Shown here piece by piece: positions 9,911-19,100 of a stretch of DNA of 64,000 bases. This DNA is from Candidatus Cloacimonadales bacterium. Lineage in GTDB: Bacteria; Cloacimonadota; Cloacimonadia; Cloacimonadales; DAONDQ01. Each line of letters starts with the position of its first letter. Position 1 is the stretch's first letter. The notes below the pieces were generated by a model. It saw only the letters and a program-made list of their open reading frames with translations, did not search any database and was not told where the DNA came from. Location: the NCBI GenBank assembly GCA_963662275.1, contig OY759316.1, positions 2,592,001 through 2,656,000 on the forward strand, written 5' to 3'. The position numbers were made by a program, and so were the translations under genes.

Positions 9911-10759
9911 CTAGAAAATCAGGGATGTGATACTTTCTTTTTTGAAGCCAACTGATTCATAGAGTGCAACAGCAGGCTTTGCAGAGTAGTAGACATGAAG
10001 ATAGATAGGATTTGTATTGCATCTTTGCAAGTACCGCAGTATTAGCTCTTTGCCGATTCCTTTACCAACATGGTCGGGATGAACACACATGCAAAATAGG
10101 TAGTTTTTAATATCACCAATTACTAAGCCATTACAGCTTCCTATGATTTCACCTTTAAGCCTGCAAATCTCAGTTATTTTGGGATGCGGTACTTCTTTAA
10201 AATTCATAATTTGCGTCTTCCAATTACTACTCATATAAGGTTTATCCTGGTAAAAGCACTTCTGATGAAATTCTATCAATTCTTCATAATTCGTTATCTC
10301 ATTTTCCCAAGTAAGTCCCTTATTCTGAAATTGTATTTTTGATTCATTTTCACGATATTCTCTGCAATACTTGATTGTATAGTCCTGTATTTTGATAAAA
10401 TCCCTCAGCAATGATGTCAAATCCATACTGTCGAATTTCTTCATGATGACAATATAAGAAATCTGTTTGTCCGTATTTTTGAGGTATTGGATATGTTCTG
10501 CAAAGTCACATACATCTTTTTCAGTTAGGCAGGCATTGATATAGTAATATAGAAAGATGACACTATTTTTTACCTTGAAGTAATAGAAACCCATTACAAG
10601 TGCCTGCTTTTGAAGAATAAACAACTTCTCTTCAGTATTGATGATTTCTATAATTTCTTCTTGATAATCTGTTTTTGAAAAAGAGGAGGTAACCAGGGAG
10701 GCTTCATTTGCAGCAAGGTCTTTCAAAGGGGTGATCTTAATCATAGCAATTTCTACCAT
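9911..10759 (-). CDS. GNAT-family N-acetyltransferase (C-terminal domain)
   Basis: 'CVHPDHVGKGIGKELI' motif A; 'PAVALYESVGF' motif B. Confidence 0.8.
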   Translation of the reverse strand: MVEIAMIKITPLKDLAANEASLVTSSFSKTDYQEEIIEIINTEEKLFILQKQALVMGFYYFKVKNSVIFLYYYINACLTEKDVCDFAEHIQYLKNTDKQISYIVIMKKFDSMDLTSLLRDFIKIQDYTIKYCREYRENESKIQFQNKGLTWENEITNYEELIEFHQKCFYQDKPYMSSNWKTQIMNFKEVPHPKITEICRLKGEIIGSCNGLVIGDIKNYLFCMCVHPDHVGKGIGKELILRYLQRCNTNPIYLHVYYSAKPAVALYESVGFKKESITSLIF

Positions 10760-10927
10760 CGTAACTCCTCATCTATAACTGATACTGATTTAAGAGGCAA
10801 ATCATTATTTTATTCTTTATTTAATGATTTTTTATTGTCAAATTTTATTAATTATTCCGTTTTGATTTTTTTGAAACGCTCAAGCTTAATATATTGTTTG
10901 TAAATACGCTTTTATGAAGGAGCCTAT

Positions 10928-12154
10928 ATGTCATCTGAAATGATCTTGAAGATAACATCCTGTCTAGATGAACTTTGTACAAAATACCCCGACAGATCTG
11001 TTGGCAGTGCCGGTAATCATCATGCGACACGTCTCTTTCGTAAAATAGCATCAGAGTTGGGTTTCCACGTTGAAGAACAAGCCTTTGATTGTCTGGATTG
11101 GCAGGATGGTGAAGTTATTCTTCAATGTGAAAAAAATAATTTCAATGCTTATGCTTCTTCTTATTCAAATGGCTGTAACATAGTTACTGAACTCGTTGAA
11201 GCAGATACAATTGAAAAGCTGGAATTGCTAAATTGTGAGGGCAAGATTCTATTCCTGCATGGAGAACTAACTATCTCCCCCATTATGCCTAAGAATTTCG
11301 TGTTCTATAACCCTGAAGAACATCAGAATCTCATCGCTCTGCTGGAATCAAAAGAGCCTGCAGCTATCATCACTGCTTCCGGGAGTTGCCCTGAGTTGAC
11401 TGGTGCCATCTATCCCTTCCCCGTTTTTGAGGATGGTGATTTTGATATTCCATCCGTATTCATGACTGATACAGAGGGAAACAAACTTTTACCCTATGCA
11501 GGACAGAACTTCATATTGAAATCACATGCCTGTCGCAAGAAAACAAAGGCTAAGCATATCGTTGCCGGAAAAGGAAATCCTAATGCCGGTAAAATTGTCA
11601 TCAGTGCGCATATCGATACAAAGAAGGGCACACCGGGTGCTTTGGATAACGCAGGCGGGGTTATCGTTCTTCTCATCCTAATGGAATTGCTTAAAGATTA
11701 TGATGGAAATTTTCAATTGGAATTTGTACCTTTCAATGGTGAAGATTATTATGGTGTTCCAAGCCAAATGCTCTATCTCATCGATAATCAGGATGCATTG
11801 GATAAAATAGCAATGAATATCAATCTTGATGCAGCAGGTTTGATTGGTGAACGAACGGGTATCTCCTATTACGATGTTAGGGATGAATTGAAAAGAAAAG
11901 CTGAATCTATCTTCTCAGATGAAACGCACTATGTTGAAGCTGAACAGTGGTACCAGGGCGATCACATGATCTTTGTGATGAATGATGTTCCTGCCATTGC
12001 CATATCGACTGAGAATATTATGAAAGTCCTATCTGAAGTGGCTCACACAAAAAAGGATATACCCGGACTAGTTGATCCTGCAATTCTGTTGGATATTGCT
12101 TTGAAACTGAAAGAGCTGATTACAGCTTTAACGCGATCAAATGATAGCAATTAA
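10928..12154 (+). CDS. M28-family aminopeptidase with PA-like insert
   Basis: 'SAHIDT', 'GALDNAGG', 'NGED', 'NINLD', 'GDH', 'HT..D'. Confidence 0.85.
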   Translation: MSSEMILKITSCLDELCTKYPDRSVGSAGNHHATRLFRKIASELGFHVEEQAFDCLDWQDGEVILQCEKNNFNAYASSYSNGCNIVTELVEADTIEKLELLNCEGKILFLHGELTISPIMPKNFVFYNPEEHQNLIALLESKEPAAIITASGSCPELTGAIYPFPVFEDGDFDIPSVFMTDTEGNKLLPYAGQNFILKSHACRKKTKAKHIVAGKGNPNAGKIVISAHIDTKKGTPGALDNAGGVIVLLILMELLKDYDGNFQLEFVPFNGEDYYGVPSQMLYLIDNQDALDKIAMNINLDAAGLIGERTGISYYDVRDELKRKAESIFSDETHYVEAEQWYQGDHMIFVMNDVPAIAISTENIMKVLSEVAHTKKDIPGLVDPAILLDIALKLKELITALTRSNDSN

Positions 12155-12200
12155 ACGTTAAAAAATCGAGATGTCTTCGACAAAAAGAATGATTATTTTC

Positions 12201-13373
12201 TTATTTCAACAGCAGCATCTTCCTGATATTGGTATTCTTACTATCGACTTTCAATCTGCAGAAATAAAGACCGCTGCAGACACACTTGCCTTCCTCATCT
12301 AATCCTCCCCAAAGAAGATTGTGCGTGCCTGCAGCGTATGACATATCTGTTAATGTTTTCACTTTCTGTCCTTTCATATTATAGATTGTAATTTCAACTT
12401 GAGATTTGTTAGTTACATTAAAGCTAACAGTCGTCTCTGGATTGAAAGGATTTGGGTAATTGGTTAGCTGATCATGAGTAGTGAAAACACTCGTCTGATC
12501 ATCGATTCCTGTTGCCAGGGATACTCTTACCCAGTCACCTGCGATATAGTAAGTTAACAGAATGGAATGGTCTCTTGAATCATACGTGGGATATACGAAG
12601 TGATTTCCGGCAAAGATCAATGTCGGAGCTGAAGAGAAATTGGCATCTTCCCGATATAATCCTAATAGATAATAACCAGCGATATAGTAAGTACCATCTA
12701 CATCCCTGACGATACCGTCAGGATTGTTAAGTGTGGTTGTTGCTAGTGTTGTAAATGTGGAATCGGAAAGACTCACTGCATAAATATGACTATTATAAGC
12801 ATCACTGATGACAACAATGCGGTTGTTCTCTCTTTCCAGTAAAATGCCATTGGGTTTCACCAAACTATCGTTCGCCACGAAAGTCCAGTAAGAGTGATCA
12901 CTGATTCTATACTTGTAAATTGTATTCAGGCTTGGACACGAGATGAAGAGATGCCCCAATGAATCGGAAGCAATACTTGATAAATACTTTGTACTTTCTC
13001 CAGCAAAAGTGAAATTTAAAATCTGTTCATCTGTATTCAGATCATAGGCTATTAATTTACGTCCATTCCCAATCCCAAAGACAGTATCTCCCACGATTTC
13101 CATCCCATCAACAAAACCCGCATCCTGATCTAAATAAGTTTGATTTCCATCACTATCTATCTGTACTAGCGCTCCACCTCTTCCATTGGAAACCAATAAG
13201 CGATTACGAACAGCATCGATAACAATCTTTTGAGGGTGACTGAGTAGATTTTGAGCCTGACTGAGTTGAGGAATTGTTAAGCAGATTAAGACGAAAATTA
13301 GCGTAATCATAGGTTTCATATTTAGAATTTTTTGTATCTTTTCCGAACCTTGAACATCTTTCTTTTTCTTCAC
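12201..13373 (-). CDS. Secreted SMP-30/gluconolactonase-like beta-propeller with FlgD-Ig/T9SS-type CTD
   Basis: 'KPNGI', 'NPDGI' propeller motifs; CTD 'NYPNPFNPETT...IYNMKGQKVKTL...SGLYF...KMLLLK'; start GTG 13373 (AAGGAG RBS) or ATG 13319. Confidence 0.7.
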   Translation of the reverse strand: MKKKKDVQGSEKIQKILNMKPMITLIFVLICLTIPQLSQAQNLLSHPQKIVIDAVRNRLLVSNGRGGALVQIDSDGNQTYLDQDAGFVDGMEIVGDTVFGIGNGRKLIAYDLNTDEQILNFTFAGESTKYLSSIASDSLGHLFISCPSLNTIYKYRISDHSYWTFVANDSLVKPNGILLERENNRIVVISDAYNSHIYAVSLSDSTFTTLATTTLNNPDGIVRDVDGTYYIAGYYLLGLYREDANFSSAPTLIFAGNHFVYPTYDSRDHSILLTYYIAGDWVRVSLATGIDDQTSVFTTHDQLTNYPNPFNPETTVSFNVTNKSQVEITIYNMKGQKVKTLTDMSYAAGTHNLLWGGLDEEGKCVCSGLYFCRLKVDSKNTNIRKMLLLK

Positions 13374-13401
13374 GCTTTGACTCCTTGCTTCCTGTTGAGA
13401 T

Positions 13402-14043
13402 TCAATTATTTTTAATCGCTGACATGAATAGATCTAAATACTGATAATAGAATTTCTCTTCATCAAAAACATCCTGGATTTGCTTGGTCTTTTCCGGACT
13501 GAAAGCTACATTCAGGATTGTCCTTAAAGTATATGCAAAGTACTTATCCAGGTAACCAGCATCAATGTTACCCCGTATGCTGTGATCCTGAATTCCTAAT
13601 TCAAATGCATCCCTAACAATGGCAATGATCCTATCGAGAAGATGGTCGAATTGATCATAAAGCTCCAACTCTATTTTACTCTTATCCAGTGAGTTGTAAT
13701 CTTCATACAGATGCAGCTTGAAGTATCCCTGGTTCTGTTTATAGAAGTGATAATACTCTTCACCAAAAGCATAGATTTTAGCATAGCCCGTGCTCTTTCT
13801 ATTCATTTTCTGGCTTAGTAATTCATATCTGCTTCTCATTCCCTCCAAGTGAATATGCATGAAGAGTTCTTCCTTGCTTTTTACGTAAGTGTAGAGTGTT
13901 GATTTGCTGAAACCTGCTGTTAAGGCAACTTCATCAATGGATGTATTTTCGTATCCTTTCTCAAAAAACAGCCTCTTTGCTACTTCGATAATAAAGTCTC
14001 TTTTCAGTTCTGCTTGTCTTTCTTTCAAACTTAACTGTTCCAT
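13402..14043 (-). CDS. TetR/AcrR-family transcriptional regulator
   Basis: 'LFFEKGYENTSIDEVALTAGFSKSTLYTYVKSKEELF' HTH; ATG 14043 after AGAGGT. Confidence 0.92.
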   Translation of the reverse strand: MEQLSLKERQAELKRDFIIEVAKRLFFEKGYENTSIDEVALTAGFSKSTLYTYVKSKEELFMHIHLEGMRSRYELLSQKMNRKSTGYAKIYAFGEEYYHFYKQNQGYFKLHLYEDYNSLDKSKIELELYDQFDHLLDRIIAIVRDAFELGIQDHSIRGNIDAGYLDKYFAYTLRTILNVAFSPEKTKQIQDVFDEEKFYYQYLDLFMSAIKNN

Positions 14044-14082
14044 AATACCTCTATTTTGTGAAATACTACTTACAGTTCTATA

Positions 14083-14103
14083 AATCGTACTCACGGTACG
14101 ATT
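14083..14103. promoter_or_regulatory. Candidate TetR operator abutting the -35 box of the tetR promoter
   Basis: Perfect inverted repeat AATCGTAC-n5-GTACGATT next to minus-strand TTGACA (14103-14108). Confidence 0.6.
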
Positions 14104-14253
14104 GTCAAGGGAATACTTGTAAAATATGTTTATGTTTCAAAAGTAGGAAATCATAATAATAAAAATTGACATCATAATAACAAATACAGTTTTTGTTAAA
14201 GTAATAGATAAATTTTGTTTATCGCTTTTGGGAAAATGAATAAGGGTGGGTAA

Positions 14254-16134
14254 ATGGCAGATACTTTAATTGATTCAGTATTATTGGATTTTTTTCTAAC
14301 ATCATCAGATCCCATTATTCCAATGGATAATGTCCATTTGATAAACGAATTCCTGTCAGCAAGCGATAATGAAGAAAAAACGGAATTAGCACAACGTTTA
14401 ATGATTCAAACCATACGTAACCTCGGTTTTGAAACACGCTGTATTGAAAGAATCCTACAGGGATATATCACTTCACTTTTAAAAGTAGATTACGGGTTCC
14501 GCTGGATAACAAAAGACTATCGTTCTCATTTTCTGCATTCAGTCTATAATTATCTTACAGGTTTGTATTTAATGCGACATGATTTTCTCGGGAATATTCT
14601 TTTCTCTAAAATTGATTTTGAAGCTCTCGACAATATTTATACAAGTCCATCTTCTGAGTTACTACATTCATATCCTCGATGTGATTATGAAAAATTCCAC
14701 AAGCGTTGGGCGATTGCAGCATTTTTCCATGATATTTCATATTTATCCCAAATTAGCTACAATGCAATGAATAAGGAAGCTAAGCACAATTTTCAAACGG
14801 ATAATCAAGTGTTTTCTGTAAGTTTACCACATTTTGAAGATAATGTCCATATTGATGAGACATCGCAAATTAAACATCACTTAAGTGCATTAGTGAACTT
14901 AATTCCTCCATATTTGTTACAACATAATGCCCTCGATATTATTAGCAGTCGTATAGCAGGCAGGCTCGGGACATTCGAAAATGCAGATATCAGGAGATCT
15001 TTAAAAAGAATAATTAAAGAGAATTTTAAAGGAGAATATGGATCACACGATATTTTAAGCGGTCTGTTTGCAATTAAGAAATATTACTATGAATTAAATT
15101 CATATTTTAATAGTACAGAAAATCCGATAACTAGTACAGAAAAAATACAAATCATTCAAGAAATGAAGGATTTTACAGATGCAATCAGCAATGCAGCTCT
15201 TCATCATTATGATAAATATACAGTCGGAATTTTCGAACCAACCAAAAAAGAAAAGATTTCCTGGAAAACATTACCATTATTGTATTTACTGATTCTTGTA
15301 GATGAATTACAGATCTGGAATAGAGAATTAGTATGCGAATTCAAACCAATTGTTTATTATGATCTACAAATAAATGATACTGCATTAAGTGATTGGTTTA
15401 AGGATAATTGGACAAATATGCTCCTGCGTTTTGTTCAATCATATCAAAATATTGACACTACAAAGTCAATGACCTTGGAAATACCTTTTACGAAAAATAT
15501 GCTTAAGCAAATAGATTCATTGAGAAGATTAGGTACACATGATCAATGCAAGATTACTAACCTAATTGAAAATTCTAATTATTCTTATAAAATTTATAAT
15601 GGGAAACTATCAATATCTTTTGTAGTTTGTCCAGTATTAGCACAATTAGAGAATGTGATTAATTTTGAATTATCGAATTATGAAGTTTTACGAATTAAGA
15701 GTGTTCTCGAATCCAGTTGGAAAGAATTTAGTGCAAATCATCAGACATATTCACTTTTCATGGAATATCTGATGCTTTTTGAAGATTTGCTTGAGGAGAA
15801 TAATACCAATAAGGCTTATTCTATTAATAAAAACAATCTAATCAATAAATATCTCGTTAAATCTGACAAATTATATACACAATTAATTTCCTCAGATCAA
15901 CTGTGGATACCTATCGAATGCATAACTTTCAATCATATGAGCAGCTTTGATTCTTCCCATTTAGAGCAATTAGAATTAATGTATGATGGTAAAACTACAC
16001 AAAATATACAATCAATCATGGATCATTGTCTCAATGATTTTAAAAAACATATATCAATTAAAGGAATAAATAACCAGGCTCTTATTCATATCGTAGGTAA
16101 GATAAGAAACATTATTCAAAATTTTATAGCATAA
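14254..16134 (+). CDS. HD-superfamily metal-dependent phosphohydrolase-like protein with uncharacterised C-terminal half
   Basis: 'YRSHFLHS', 'WAIAAFFHDISY' (HD at 14728-14733), 'SHDILSG', 'AALHH', 'LLILVDELQIWNR'. Confidence 0.65.
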   Translation: MADTLIDSVLLDFFLTSSDPIIPMDNVHLINEFLSASDNEEKTELAQRLMIQTIRNLGFETRCIERILQGYITSLLKVDYGFRWITKDYRSHFLHSVYNYLTGLYLMRHDFLGNILFSKIDFEALDNIYTSPSSELLHSYPRCDYEKFHKRWAIAAFFHDISYLSQISYNAMNKEAKHNFQTDNQVFSVSLPHFEDNVHIDETSQIKHHLSALVNLIPPYLLQHNALDIISSRIAGRLGTFENADIRRSLKRIIKENFKGEYGSHDILSGLFAIKKYYYELNSYFNSTENPITSTEKIQIIQEMKDFTDAISNAALHHYDKYTVGIFEPTKKEKISWKTLPLLYLLILVDELQIWNRELVCEFKPIVYYDLQINDTALSDWFKDNWTNMLLRFVQSYQNIDTTKSMTLEIPFTKNMLKQIDSLRRLGTHDQCKITNLIENSNYSYKIYNGKLSISFVVCPVLAQLENVINFELSNYEVLRIKSVLESSWKEFSANHQTYSLFMEYLMLFEDLLEENNTNKAYSINKNNLINKYLVKSDKLYTQLISSDQLWIPIECITFNHMSSFDSSHLEQLELMYDGKTTQNIQSIMDHCLNDFKKHISIKGINNQALIHIVGKIRNIIQNFIA

Positions 16135-16149
16135 TTATAGGAGGATAGC

Positions 16150-19100
16150 ATGGGAACTACGAAAATCTTGAAATATAATCAGGAAAGTATAAATTTTCTG
16201 AGAAGCTTGGAAGAGCATGTAAACAAAGCATATACTACTGACAGAAACTCTACAGCGAAGGAAAATACAGGAAAAATCAAGGAACTTCAAAGAAGACATG
16301 TTGGTTGGACTATGATTTCTTTTGAAGACGATTTTGTTACTAAACTTACTGAAATTCGATTAAATCAGGCAGAAACTAATAATGAAGAGGAAAAAATAAT
16401 TAATGAAATTGATCAATATCTATTGATGCTCTCGCTGTTAGATAATATCTTTTATGGCTATCCTTCTGAAAGATCAATGGAAGATTGTAATGGCAAGCCA
16501 ATTAATAATCACCTAAATAATTGGGTAAGAACATTTTATCATCTTACGCTCATAAATAACAAGGCAGGAGATGATGTAGATAAAAAAAAGGCACACGCAT
16601 ATGAAATTCAAATTTTAATCAAGGATTTTATATCTATACCAAAGGATTTTGCCAGTTCCTATTTTGGGTACGATACCGGGATATCAGGTTTAAACCAACT
16701 CTTGATGGGTGGTTTTCTACTCCCTGAGGACAGTACTGCAATGATAACAGTAGATGGTGAGTCTGGTGTTGGTAAAACAACTTTTGTGGTAAATTTAGTC
16801 TGTGCTATTCTGAAAAATTGTGGAGATACTGTTTTTAAACACAATAGAGATACAATAATACACAAACATGCTGAAAGACTTCCCATATTCATCGATTACT
16901 TCATATTAGAACAGTCTTATAATAATATTAAACGATGCATAACCAACTTTAACTTACTACCCATTCTGAAAGATACCCATGACGTGGTAACAGCAAATCC
17001 AATTGATCCAAAGGATACTGTTTATTATGCTGAAGAACTTGATGGTCTTCTTAATATTTGCCAGAAAAACTCAAGAAAACTTGTTATGTCAATTCACCCT
17101 GTCCCTATGTGTTCTGCCGCAGATTTACTTCAACAGGTTCAAAAATGTGAAGAACCTTTTCAAGCAAAAAGCGTACTTGAAGATAGACACATCATTGTAA
17201 TCGATTCAATCAATGCAGTTTTGGATATGGATATTGAGCAATCTAAATGGCGACAGGTATTACAGGCATTACGCTCTATACTTGGTGGAAAGAAATCTAA
17301 ATGCCCAAATGAAGGAAAAAATAAAAAAGAAAACAATACAATATTGATCCTAACTCAAGAAAAAGACCCTTCCAAAAAGGATACAATGGTTGAGTATTTC
17401 TGCGATGTCGTCATGGGGTTTGAAAAGAAAAATATCAACGGTGAATACCTTCGATATATTGAATTGATCGAAAGCCGTTTTCAGGATATGTGTTTCGGAA
17501 GACATCCCTTCCATTTTTCAACTAAAGGGCAAGCTTCCTTTGGGATCTACCCTTCAGCCTCTGCTTTAATGGAATTAATTCCCAACCAATTAAAACAGAT
17601 TCAGCCAGATAAAAAAACACTTGAGTTTGGAATAAAAATCGATGGAATCCTGAAATTCTTTGTGAATACCCATTTGAAGAATAGCGGCATGAAACCATAT
17701 TTTCTTAAGAATTCAGTCAGTAATCTCAATGGCGAAAAAGGATGTAATAAATCTGCATTTTCAAAGTTCTTTACACTAAGTTCATATCGGGATGAAAGAT
17801 GGATATCCATGTCTGAAAGAGCATTTGAAAATGATCTTTACGAAACAGAAGTTACAGATAAGGAGTGCTATCATGAAATGAATTATTCTGAAAAAGAAGC
17901 TGACAAAATATGGAATGAAATAAAAGAAATGAAACCATATCCAAAATCTTATAACCCTGCAAATCCTTCGGAAACTGAAAAGCATTGTAATCCGATAGAT
18001 AAAGCAATCGGGATGATTGTAAAATTTGGGGAAAACTATGAAGAAAATGAACATGATGTGGTTATTGATGCACCTTGGGGAAAAGTAATCATACCAGCAA
18101 ATGCATTAAAAGTAGAACCTAAATTCTGGGGGAGAGTATCAGATGTTATTTGTCATTTTGAAGTAAAAAATTTCTCTGAAGAATACTATCTTGAACAAAT
18201 CATGGATGTCATTCGTGCAATAGAATCATATCATGTATATGAAGAAATCCCTAAAACTTTTGAGAACTTGCTTAGAAGAATGAAATTATCAAGGATATTG
18301 TGGGAGAAGACTAGTTTACGAGAACCAGAAGTAGAAGCAACTCCTAATAATGTGGAATTTAGCCCATCGTTTGCTATTTATAAAGATAAGGACTACATTA
18401 ATGATAATTCTAATGTTAAAGTAGAAGATAGGAATATCTACAATTCATCTATTTTCTTCTATCATGAATCATTACCAATCAAAGTAAGAAGGTTGGTGTT
18501 GGATAATACAGAAAACCTGATCGATATTTTCAAGCAAATCGATGCCCAGGATTTTATCACAACCATTACTCATTTCGGTTTGGCAAAGGGAATTACGATC
18601 TTAATTGTCAATCAAGTCGGTAGGGGATCTCGCAATCAGATCAATGACATTTGCAATGCCATTGCTGATAATATTTTTGAATTCCAGAGAGAATACTTTT
18701 GCGGAGGCTGGTATTCAGTACTTCATATCAAGCGATCATCAAACAGTTGGCATAATCGAATGTACTATAACATTTATAAAAGGCACGATGAGCTTTTGGA
18801 ATTGCAGGATACATTTTCCTTTATATCAAGTTTTCATAATGAACTGAAGGAGTTAATACCAATTCGTCTATTTCTCCCTGGAAAATCACAAGCTGAAATT
18901 GATATGTATGCGAATCTATCTATTGCCTTAAATCCTTCAAATAGAGATTTTCCAGATATGAATTATAGTATTGAAAGAGATAAGAGATTACCATATAAGG
19001 ATTCACACGAACAGTGGCATACATATCTGAAAGAAATGATCATCTACAGTATGACACATCCGCAAGTGGAAGTAATTAAGGCAAGTGATCCATTTACGGA

